A stretch of DNA of 58,469 nucleotides from positions 1 through 58,469 of the forward strand of contig JAZRYM010000048.1 in the NCBI GenBank assembly GCA_045600765.1, written 5' to 3'. The translations under genes and the position numbers were made by a program. Positions 26,717 to 34,469 of the stretch are shown one piece after another. How positions within the stretch are numbered: position 1 is the stretch's first letter; the number at the start of each line of letters is the position of its first letter. The notes under the pieces were generated by a model that made no database searches, had not been told where the DNA came from, and worked only from the letters and a program-made list of their open reading frames with translations. This DNA comes from Acutalibacteraceae bacterium (GTDB lineage: Bacteria > Bacillota > Clostridia > Oscillospirales > Acutalibacteraceae).

Positions 26717-27757
26717 TTAAGACAGGTCGGCGCCGCTTTCCGACCACTTCACGCGGTGGTAGGCGCCTTTGGCGCCCTCGTCGTAATACCAGCGATTATC
26801 GAGGGTCACGGCGATATGCGCCACCGTTTTGTCCCCTTTGAGGATGGCATACTGTGTGGCGCTTTGGTCGTTGATAACCAACGTTTCGTTCGATTTGGCT
26901 TTGTCCGCCGTTTTTCCCGACACCTCTTCGTAGACGATAAGTGCGGCTTTTTCATATTCGCTGACCGGCTCCGCCAACCAGTATTCTCCCAGTTGCCGCC
27001 CGATTAAGCGGTACAAAAACCCGGTTTTTTCGCGATAGTAATACTCGCCGTCCGGCCCGTGCGCCACCGCGCCGAGCACGTTGCCGCTTTCATCGGTCGC
27101 CACGTAAAAATCGCAGTCCACCCCGTTGATAAGCCCGTTACCCGACTGCTCCACCGTGCAGGTGGAACTTTTTGTAAACTCTTTGAGCATCCATTCCGCC
27201 ACGTCGAGCACCGACCCGCCGTCCAGCGGCAATTCACCGACGGTCAGCGTGCCGTCATCCATAAGCGTGACGGGAATATAGTCGCCGTAGGAATCGCGGT
27301 AATACCATTGCCCGTCTTTCCCGTGCGCCAGTTGCTCGGTGTGACCCTCGCCGTCCGACACGGTGTACACCTTGCACGTCGCGCCTTCGATTTGCACCGT
27401 TCCGCTCGACTGCACTCCGGCAGGATTCGTCGGCGCGTGAGCGCTTTCCTCGTCCTCTTCGTTTGCGTCGGGGTCTTCGGTGAGTCCGCCGCGTTCATCC
27501 GCCGCGTGAAGCGCTTTTGCCACCGCAATCGCCTCGTCCTCCACGCTGTCAAACTTCTCCTGCGCGACACCGTTGCCGCCGTTTCCGTTTTTGTTCTCAC
27601 CGTTGCCGTTTTGCGCGGTCGTCCCGCCGGCAGAGACGGTCGTACCGGTACCGTCTTTCGCGGTCGTTTCGGGCTTTGTTTCCTTTCCGCAACCGGCGCA
27701 AAGCAACAGCGCCGCCGCACAAAGCAGCGCCGAAAGTGTCAACCATACGTGTTTCAT
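26717..27757 (-). CDS. Lipoprotein with three internal repeats, unknown function
   Basis: Start at ATG 27757 (RBS AAAGGAG 8 nt upstream). Lipobox LLLCAGCG. G/N/T-rich linker, then three related modules ending in HG.DG.(W/Y)YYR-like motifs. Confidence 0.6.
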   Translation of the reverse strand: MKHVWLTLSALLCAAALLLCAGCGKETKPETTAKDGTGTTVSAGGTTAQNGNGENKNGNGGNGVAQEKFDSVEDEAIAVAKALHAADERGGLTEDPDANEEDEESAHAPTNPAGVQSSGTVQIEGATCKVYTVSDGEGHTEQLAHGKDGQWYYRDSYGDYIPVTLMDDGTLTVGELPLDGGSVLDVAEWMLKEFTKSSTCTVEQSGNGLINGVDCDFYVATDESGNVLGAVAHGPDGEYYYREKTGFLYRLIGRQLGEYWLAEPVSEYEKAALIVYEEVSGKTADKAKSNETLVINDQSATQYAILKGDKTVAHIAVTLDNRWYYDEGAKGAYHRVKWSESGADLS

Positions 27758-27809
27758 AAGGCGCACTCCTTTCCGTTTCGGGAATTTTCGGGAATTTTAT
27801 TACCCGTTC

Positions 27810-27838
27810 ATTATACAAGAAATTGCACCGCATTGCAA
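27810..27838 (-). promoter_or_regulatory. Sigma-A type promoter of the lipoprotein gene
   Basis: Minus strand TTGCAA (27838-27833), 17 nt, TATAAT (27815-27810). Confidence 0.6.
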
Positions 27839-27866
27839 GGGATTTGCAAAACTTTCCTCTTTTTCG

Positions 27867-27895
27867 TTGAAAACGCCGCGACGATGTGGTATACT
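27867..27895 (+). promoter_or_regulatory. Sigma-A type promoter (extended -10) of ampS-pyrR
   Basis: TTGAAA (27867-27872), 17 nt, TGgTATACT with -10 at 27890-27895. Confidence 0.65.
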
Positions 27896-27924
27896 AAGAA
27901 AAAAGCGAAAAGGTGTGACTTTCT

Positions 27925-29148
27925 GTGAACAAAACGCAACTGCGCCGCTATGCCCACCTGCTTGCCACGATGGGCGGCGGGGTCAAACCGGGTATGGACG
28001 TCGTCATCTCTGCCGAGACCGACCAACCGGAATTTGTGAAACTGCTTGTAGAGGAATGTTACCGCGCGGGTGCGCGCAAGGTGGAGGTGGACTGGCATTT
28101 TCAGCCGCTCCAAAAACTCAACGTGCGCTACCAGTCACCTGAAACGCTCGGCACTCTTGCCGACTGGGAAGTCGCCAAACTGCAACACCGCGCAAAAACG
28201 TTGCCCGTGATGATTTACCTCTTGTCCGAAGACCCGGACGGACTGCGCGGAATGAACCAGGAAAAACAGTCCAAAGCCACACAGGAACGCTATAAAATCA
28301 TCAAACCCATCCGCGACACGATGGAGAACAAATACCCGTGGTGTATTGCCGCCGTGCCCAGTGTGGCGTGGGCAAAAAAACTGTTCCCGCACGACCGTAA
28401 ATCGGTCGCGGTAAACAAGTTGTGGGACGCGATTTTGGCGACCGCCCGCGTGACCGATGACCCGGTCACCGCATGGGAGGAACACAACCGCGATTTGGCG
28501 GCGCGCTCGGCGTATCTCAACCGCCTGCACATCAAAAAACTGCACTACAAAGCCAAAAACGGCACCGATTTTACCGTCGGATTGATGCCCGAAAGCCGCT
28601 TTGCCGGCGGCGAGGAAACCACCCTCTCCGGCGTGCGGTTTAACCCGAATATGCCGACCGAAGAAGTGTTCACCACCCCGAAACGCGGCGAAGCGGAGGG
28701 CACGGTGGTCGCGACGATGCCTCTCTCCTACCGCGGCGAACTCATCGAGGGGTTTTCTATGCGATTTGAGGGCGGCAAGGTGGTCGAATGTCACGCCGAC
28801 AAAAACGAAGCGCTGCTAAAACAACTGCTTGCGATGGACGACGGCGCCGCCTATCTCGGCGAATGTGCGCTTGTCCCCTACGATTCACCCATCCGCCAAA
28901 GCGGTATTCTCTTTTACAACACGCTGTTTGACGAAAACGCCGCGTGCCATTTGGCGCTCGGCACGGGTTTTCCCGATTGCGTTGAGGGGTTTGAAAACCG
29001 CACGCTTGAAGAATGTCACGCGCTCGGGGTCAACGACTCCATCATCCACGAAGATTTTATGATTGGCTGTGCCGATTTGTCCATCACTGCCGAAACGGCG
29101 GACGGCAAGACCGTCCCGATTTTCCGAAACGGCGGCTGGGCGTTTTAA
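27925..29148 (+). CDS. ampS: M29-family aminopeptidase (AmpS/PepS type)
   Basis: 407 aa, GTG start. Full-length resemblance to the thermophilic-metalloprotease family (LRRYAHLL...GVKPG..VVI, EEVFTTP, HLALG, HEDFMIG). Confidence 0.88.
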   Translation: MNKTQLRRYAHLLATMGGGVKPGMDVVISAETDQPEFVKLLVEECYRAGARKVEVDWHFQPLQKLNVRYQSPETLGTLADWEVAKLQHRAKTLPVMIYLLSEDPDGLRGMNQEKQSKATQERYKIIKPIRDTMENKYPWCIAAVPSVAWAKKLFPHDRKSVAVNKLWDAILATARVTDDPVTAWEEHNRDLAARSAYLNRLHIKKLHYKAKNGTDFTVGLMPESRFAGGEETTLSGVRFNPNMPTEEVFTTPKRGEAEGTVVATMPLSYRGELIEGFSMRFEGGKVVECHADKNEALLKQLLAMDDGAAYLGECALVPYDSPIRQSGILFYNTLFDENAACHLALGTGFPDCVEGFENRTLEECHALGVNDSIIHEDFMIGCADLSITAETADGKTVPIFRNGGWAF

Positions 29149-29160
29149 GGAGGACTCGCT

Positions 29161-29694
29161 ATGCAAAAGAAAGCGCAACTGATGAACGGCGCGGATATGG
29201 ACCGCACCCTTGTGCGCCTTTCGCACCAGATTTTGGAGAAAAACCACGGCACCGACAACCTCTGTTTTATCGGGGTGAAAACCCGCGGCGTACCGCTTGC
29301 CAAGCGGCTTTCCGACAACATTCGCCGCATTGACGGCGCGGAAGTGCCGGTCGGCGAACTGGATGTCACGCTGTACCGCGACGATTTGGACTTGCAACAG
29401 ACCGAACCGCGCATCGGTGAGACAAACATCCCCTTTCCCGTTGCCGACAAAGTGGTGGTGCTCGTGGACGACGTGATGTATACCGGCCGCACCACCCGCG
29501 CCGCGATTGATGCGATTATGCGGCTCGGCCGTCCCGCCAAAATCCAACTCGCCGTGCTCGTTGACCGCGGTCACCGCGAACTGCCTATCCGCGGCGACTT
29601 CGTCGGACGGAACATCCCCTCCGCACGGGAGGAAAAAGTGGTCGTGCACCTCACCGAAACGGACAATGAGAACGACGTCAGTATTTGGGGTTGA
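29161..29694 (+). CDS. pyrR: Bifunctional pyrimidine regulator / uracil phosphoribosyltransferase PyrR
   Basis: RTLVRLSHQILE, GVKTRGVPLA, PRPP loop VVLVDDVMYTGRTTRAAIDA. Confidence 0.92.
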   Translation: MQKKAQLMNGADMDRTLVRLSHQILEKNHGTDNLCFIGVKTRGVPLAKRLSDNIRRIDGAEVPVGELDVTLYRDDLDLQQTEPRIGETNIPFPVADKVVVLVDDVMYTGRTTRAAIDAIMRLGRPAKIQLAVLVDRGHRELPIRGDFVGRNIPSAREEKVVVHLTETDNENDVSIWG

Positions 29695-29724
29695 TGAAAA
29701 TCATCGAAACATGTGTAAAGTAAA

Positions 29725-29752
29725 AGACCTTGTCGGATGACAAGGTCTTTTT
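29725..29752. terminator. Bidirectional terminator between pyrR (+) and the GIY-YIG gene (-)
   Basis: Stem AGACCTTGTC (29725-29734) / GACAAGGTCT (29739-29748), GGAT loop, flanked by an A run and a T run. Confidence 0.85.
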
Positions 29753-29758
29753 CATTTG

Positions 29759-30016
29759 TTATTTCAAAATGTTTTGTGCCGACGTCATCAGCGCGATTTT
29801 CTCCGCGCGAGAAAGCCGCTTAATTTGCGCTTCCCGCCGCATAGCGTCGCACTTTTCTTTGTGTTCCTCCGCGTACACCATCGTAACCGGACGGCGGGTT
29901 TTCGTGTATTTCGCGCCCGTTCCCGCGTTGTGGGCGGCAAGCCGTTTTTCTAAATCGTTCGTCCATCCGGTGTAAAGGGTATTATCTTTACACAGAACCA
30001 TATAGGTATAATTCAC
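29759..30016 (-). CDS. Stand-alone GIY-YIG nuclease-domain protein (UPF0213/YhbQ-like)
   Basis: 85 aa, YTYMVLCKDNTLYTGWTNDLEKRLAAHN...E..IK. Confidence 0.85.
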   Translation of the reverse strand: MNYTYMVLCKDNTLYTGWTNDLEKRLAAHNAGTGAKYTKTRRPVTMVYAEEHKEKCDAMRREAQIKRLSRAEKIALMTSAQNILK

Positions 30017-30049
30017 GCTCCCGCCCCTTTTCGATGATATTTATGCGGA

Positions 30050-31447
30050 TTACAGCTTTTCGATACTCCCTACTAAGAACTTACGAAGTGTCAACACATC
30101 TTTCATATTGAGCTCGCCGTCGCCGTTGGCATCAGCGTTCACCCGATTACACTCCACGTCAATATTCGCCATAATTTTGCGAAGCACCAACACGTCTTTC
30201 ATATTCACTTCGCCGTCATCGTTGGCATCACCATAAGGAGAAACCATACCGTTGACATACACCTCGGTAATGCCGTCGCCGTTTTTATCCCAGCCTTTTT
30301 CCTCGGCGATGCCGTCCTTATCCAAATCGTAACGACCGCCCAGTTCCACATAGGGGTTCACAAGCAGCGCACCGCCGTCAACAGCGGGTTTATTTTGAGT
30401 GGCAATCATTTTTTCGAGGGAATTGCGGAGAATGTCCTCGTTTACTTTGAATTCCGGAGCTAATTTGCGTTCGCCATAGACATACCACTCCGTCACGCAC
30501 TCGGCATCGTCCGGCAGACCCACCACCGTTTTACCGGGAGTTTCGAACACGATTTTTCCGTACCATTCCTCGTCCCATCGCTCGGCCGTGTGGTCAATCG
30601 TGCTGTAATCAGGGCCTTTGCCGGGGAGCCAGTAAGTGATCTCCTCGCGCGGGGTGGACGCTTTGGCGAAGAGACAGCGTTCCTCGCCGCGCTCATCGTT
30701 GAAGAACCACACCACGTATTCCGCACGCACCGCGGCGTAATCGTTAGGGTTCACGTATTTATCCGGCGTGGTAAACGGGCGCACTTTCGCCGGAACGACG
30801 CGGAATTGCGGCGTTTTCACGGGTATCACCGGCGGATTGGTCTCTTCCGGGGTTGTCGTATTCAAATACACCCGCCACACGCTTTCATTTTCGGTGATTT
30901 TTTCAATCTCCTCCACGGTGGCGTTGACAATCATCGAGGGCGAAAAAATGCTTTTGAAAACAATCTGTTCTTGTGGAATCCCAAGCGCGGCAATCAGCGC
31001 ATCCGCCTTTTTCTCGGTAGCGGCGGCGGTCAAATACCGCTCGGTCATAATGCTGACTTCGACGACTTTCCATTCGTTCGAGCGGTCGGCGTTTTCGGTC
31101 AAAATGCTCTCGATTTGAGCAAGGGCGCCCTCTTTGAGTCCGCTTAAACCGGCTTTATCAAGAATATTGCCGAAAGTGTTGTAAGGAATGGAACCCTTGT
31201 ATGCCAACGCCTCGGAAACACGAGCAGAAATTTCACTCGCTACCGGTTGCATATCCGCAACACCCTCGTACCAAAGCCACACAGACAAAACGTCGCCCTC
31301 GCCGCTGTTCTCAACGGCTTCAAGCAACTCCGACGTGAGTTTGTCTTTATTCCCTCCGAATTCGGCGGCGGCGACAGACATCGTGCCGGACGCGACAACA
31401 CTCGCAAGCAGGCATACAACCGTCAACACGCAAAACAGATTTTTCAC
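30050..31447 (-). CDS. Secreted protein of unknown function with a C-terminal type I dockerin
   Basis: Start preferred at GTG 31447 (RBS AAAGGAGA 7 nt upstream), giving a KNLFCVLTVVCLLASVVASG signal peptide; the ATG at 31495 has no RBS. C-terminal duplicated F-hand DANDDGEVNMKDVLVLRK / DANGDGELNMKDVLTLRK. Confidence 0.75.
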   Translation of the reverse strand: MKNLFCVLTVVCLLASVVASGTMSVAAAEFGGNKDKLTSELLEAVENSGEGDVLSVWLWYEGVADMQPVASEISARVSEALAYKGSIPYNTFGNILDKAGLSGLKEGALAQIESILTENADRSNEWKVVEVSIMTERYLTAAATEKKADALIAALGIPQEQIVFKSIFSPSMIVNATVEEIEKITENESVWRVYLNTTTPEETNPPVIPVKTPQFRVVPAKVRPFTTPDKYVNPNDYAAVRAEYVVWFFNDERGEERCLFAKASTPREEITYWLPGKGPDYSTIDHTAERWDEEWYGKIVFETPGKTVVGLPDDAECVTEWYVYGERKLAPEFKVNEDILRNSLEKMIATQNKPAVDGGALLVNPYVELGGRYDLDKDGIAEEKGWDKNGDGITEVYVNGMVSPYGDANDDGEVNMKDVLVLRKIMANIDVECNRVNADANGDGELNMKDVLTLRKFLVGSIEKL

Positions 31448-31558
31448 AGAAAATTCTCCTTTCGTTTCGCCGTTTTTATTGGTTTCTATTACCATAACGC
31501 AGAAAAACGAAAAGATATTGGAAAATTTTTGATTTTTTTGGATTTTTCCGATGAGTGT

Positions 31559-31587
31559 AGTATAGCATATTGTTCACCGCGCGGCAA
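31559..31587 (-). promoter_or_regulatory. Candidate sigma-A promoter for the 30050-31447 dockerin gene
   Basis: Minus strand TTGCCG (31587-31582), 17 nt, TATACT (31564-31559), followed by an A/T-rich leader of about 110 nt. Confidence 0.5.
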
Positions 31588-31615
31588 GAGGGCTTTTTCG
31601 TCGCCATACATTGTA

Positions 31616-31660
31616 TCAAAATCCCGCGAAGGGACGTCGAGTCGCCGTCCCCTACGAACC
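31616..31660 (-). repeat. Single REP-like unit (reverse orientation)
   Basis: TCAAAATCCCGCGAAGGGACGTCGAGTCGCCGTCCCCTAC (CTAC at 31652-31655), which matches the family consensus. Confidence 0.8.
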
Positions 31661-31689
31661 CGCCGACAACGAAAAAAACGCCGACAACG

Positions 31690-31721
31690 AAAAACCCGCA
31701 ACCTTTCAGTTGCGGGTTTTT
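31690..31721. terminator. Bidirectional terminator downstream of pfp
   Basis: A5, stem CCCGCAAC (31695-31702) / GTTGCGGG (31709-31716), T5 (31717-31721). Confidence 0.85.
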
Positions 31722-31732
31722 GGATATAGCGA

Positions 31733-32980
31733 TTAGACGCGGACTTTTTTGAGGTTGGCGAAGCGCGGCAGGCCGTCTTCTTTCACCATTTCGGTCTCGC
31801 CCTGAATGAGCGGGAGCGCATAGTCCACATAGAGGTCGTTGAGACCGTCTTGGGTCTTGTTGAGCCAGGACAGCGGGACTTTCTTCTCGGTGTTGGCGAC
31901 CACGGTGAGGTCGAACAGTTTGATGTTGCATTTATAGTTGCCGTTCTCATCGGTGGAGCGCTCAAAGCCGACCATTTTGTCGGTCACGCCGGCAATGGCG
32001 TTTTCGACCGCCGCTTTACCGGAGGCAAAGGACTCGTCGATATCCGTCTTCGAAGCGCAATGCGCGGCGCAGCGTTGGAGCAAGCTCAATTCGATGCCGC
32101 GGACTTTCGCGCCGGTCTCGCGTTGCAGAACAGACGCGAGGTAAGCGGCAAGGCCACCCATTTGCGCATGGCCGAAGCTGTCTCTTTGTTGCGCCGAAGC
32201 GGTCGCATACTCGGCAATGTATTTGCCGTCTTTGTCGTGGATACCCTCGGACACAGCAACGATGCATTTGCCGTTGCGGTCGTAGATGTCGCGGACTTTC
32301 TCAATGAAAGATTCCATATCGAAATCCACTTCCGGCAGATAGATGAGGTCAGCGCCGTTGCCTTTTGCACCGGCGAGCGCGGCGGCGGCGGTCAACCAGC
32401 CGGCGTTACGGCCCATAATCTCCACCACGGTAATCATACCGGTGTCGTACACGCGCGCGTCACGATAGATTTCCATCATCGACGTGGCGATGTATTTGGC
32501 GGCGGAAGCGTAACCCGGGCAGTGGTCGGTACCGTCGAGGTCGTTGTCGATGGTTTTCGGGATACCCATCACGCGGCACTCATAGCCGTTTTGCAACATA
32601 AATTTGGAGATTTTGTTGCAGGTATCCATCGAGTCGTTACCGCCATTGTAGAAGAAATAGCGGACGTTGTATTTTTGGAAGATTTCGAGAATACGTTTGT
32701 AGTCGGTATCGTCGTCATCCGGGTCTTTCAGTTTATAACGGCAGGAGCCGAGCGCCGAAGACGGGGTGAATTTGAGGAGTTCCAGTTCCTCCGGGTCTTC
32801 TTTTCCCATATCGATGAGGTTGTCGTTCAGCACGCCTTTGATGCCGTTCAGCGCACCGTAAACCGCCGTGATATCCTCGCTTTCGAGCGCGGTTTTAATC
32901 GCGCCGTACGCGCTGGCGTTGATGACGGAGGTCGGGCCGCCGGACTGACCGATGATGCAAGCACCTTTAAGAGTTCCCAT
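31733..32980 (-). CDS. pfp: Phosphofructokinase with a PPi-dependent signature
   Basis: 415 aa. GGNDS (Asp at the position of E. coli PfkA Gly104) and PKTIDND (Lys at the Gly124 position) are the residues associated with PPi rather than ATP use. Confidence 0.85.
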   Translation of the reverse strand: MGTLKGACIIGQSGGPTSVINASAYGAIKTALESEDITAVYGALNGIKGVLNDNLIDMGKEDPEELELLKFTPSSALGSCRYKLKDPDDDDTDYKRILEIFQKYNVRYFFYNGGNDSMDTCNKISKFMLQNGYECRVMGIPKTIDNDLDGTDHCPGYASAAKYIATSMMEIYRDARVYDTGMITVVEIMGRNAGWLTAAAALAGAKGNGADLIYLPEVDFDMESFIEKVRDIYDRNGKCIVAVSEGIHDKDGKYIAEYATASAQQRDSFGHAQMGGLAAYLASVLQRETGAKVRGIELSLLQRCAAHCASKTDIDESFASGKAAVENAIAGVTDKMVGFERSTDENGNYKCNIKLFDLTVVANTEKKVPLSWLNKTQDGLNDLYVDYALPLIQGETEMVKEDGLPRFANLKKVRV

Positions 32981-33020
32981 AGTTTTTTACCACCTTTTTG
33001 ATAAAATTTAGAACACAGAA

Positions 33021-33049
33021 ATTGTACCATATTCCCGCAAAAATTGCAA
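33021..33049 (-). promoter_or_regulatory. Sigma-A type promoter of pfp
   Basis: Minus strand TTGCAA (33049-33044), 17 nt, TACAAT (33026-33021). Confidence 0.6.
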
Positions 33050-33107
33050 TCGTTTTTTGCCAAAAAGACAAGAATTGAGCCATTTTTTCAAATTCCCGCG
33101 AAAAGTG

Positions 33108-33136
33108 TTGACGAATGTGGGAAAAGTGGTTAAAAT
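33108..33136 (+). promoter_or_regulatory. Sigma-A type promoter of the DUF1015-decarboxylase operon
   Basis: TTGACG (33108-33113), 17 nt, TAAAAT (33131-33136), 54 nt upstream of the ATG at 33191. Confidence 0.6.
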
Positions 33137-33190
33137 AAAGAGGTATGCATTGGAATACAGAAAAGTTATAAAAAGAATCGAGGAACTACT

Positions 33191-34459
33191 ATGGCCAACA
33201 TTGCCCCTTTCCGTGCCCTGCGCTTTACTCCCGCCGCCGGCGACATTGACGAACTGTGCTGCCCGCCTTATGACATCATTTCGGACGACCAGCGCCGCGC
33301 CTTTCTCGCCGCAAACGAGAAAAACATCATCCGCTTGGAACTTCCCCGCGAAGGCGAAAACCCCTACGCGGTGGCAGGCGACACGCTGAACGCGTGGCTC
33401 GCAAGCGGCGCGCTGAAACAGGACGATGTGCCGGCGCTCTATATCTATCAAGAGGAATTCGTCGCGCACGGCAAACCGTACATCCTGCGCGGCTTTACCT
33501 GCACCGTCGAACTGCAACCGTTTTCGGCGGGTGTCGTGCTCCCGCACGAGGAAACCCTCTCCAAAGCGAAACAAGACCGCTTTGACCTGATGTGCGCTAC
33601 CGGGTGCAATTTCAGCCAGATTTACTCGCTGTATGACGACCCCGACCGCGCGGTTGATGCCATTCTTAACAAGTTCTGCGAAGCCGCGCCGACCGCGCGG
33701 TTCACCGATGCGGACGATGTCATTCACTCGCTGTGGGCGGTGCCGGACGGCGACGACGTGCGCGCTGTATGCCAGCTGTTCGAGGACAAAAAACTGTATA
33801 TCGCCGACGGTCACCACCGCTATGAAACCGCGCTTCGCTACCGCGACCATCTGCGCGATGCAGGCGGCGACACCGGCGCATCCGACCGCGTGATGATGTT
33901 CCTTTGCGCGATGCAAAACGACGGACTTGTCGTCTTCCCGACCCACCGCGTGATTCACAACATCGACGGATTTGACAGCGCGGCGTTTTTGAACGATGCC
34001 GCCACGGTGTGCGACGTGACTCCCCTCGCCGCGTTTGAGGACATTGAGCCGCGCCTTGCCGCGGTGTACGAAGCGGGCGAAAAAGCGTTCGGCTACTACG
34101 ACGGCAAAGCCGCCTATCTCCTGCAAGTCACCGACTTGGAACAGATGAAAGCGCTGCTTCCGAACGCCTCTAAATCGCTCCGCGAACTGGATGTCACGCT
34201 CCTCCACTCCCTGCTTCTCGAACGCTTTTGCGGTATCGACAAAGCGGCGATGGCGGCGGGCGGCAAACTCACCTATACCCGCGACGCGGCGGAGGCGAAA
34301 ACGCTCACCGACGGCGGTGCGGATGCCTGCTTTATCCTGAATCCCACCCGCGTGACCGAAATCAGCGCGGTGGCGCGCGAGGGCGAAAAAATGCCCCAAA
34401 AATCCACCTATTTCTACCCGAAACTGATTACCGGCTTGACTATGAACAAATTGCTGTGA
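33191..34459 (+). CDS. DUF1015 family protein
   Basis: 422 aa. MANIAPFRALRF start, PPYD, and YIADGHHRYETAL are the motifs I associate with DUF1015. Confidence 0.85.
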   Translation: MANIAPFRALRFTPAAGDIDELCCPPYDIISDDQRRAFLAANEKNIIRLELPREGENPYAVAGDTLNAWLASGALKQDDVPALYIYQEEFVAHGKPYILRGFTCTVELQPFSAGVVLPHEETLSKAKQDRFDLMCATGCNFSQIYSLYDDPDRAVDAILNKFCEAAPTARFTDADDVIHSLWAVPDGDDVRAVCQLFEDKKLYIADGHHRYETALRYRDHLRDAGGDTGASDRVMMFLCAMQNDGLVVFPTHRVIHNIDGFDSAAFLNDAATVCDVTPLAAFEDIEPRLAAVYEAGEKAFGYYDGKAAYLLQVTDLEQMKALLPNASKSLRELDVTLLHSLLLERFCGIDKAAMAAGGKLTYTRDAAEAKTLTDGGADACFILNPTRVTEISAVAREGEKMPQKSTYFYPKLITGLTMNKLL

Positions 34460-34469
34460 GGTGCTTTGC

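Noticed and set aside
26697-26760. BirA operator (TGTAAACC-N14-16-GGTTTACA type) upstream of bioY
   Set aside because: No such inverted repeat is visible. The 20-nt gap to the upstream lipoprotein gene leaves no room for a dedicated promoter and operator.
34461-34469. GTG at 34461 as the start of the decarboxylase beta subunit (the ORF track start)
   Set aside because: It lies 1 nt after the DUF1015 stop with no RBS. The ATG at 34470 has GAGG 8 nt upstream and gives the typical MTFFEPL... N-terminus.
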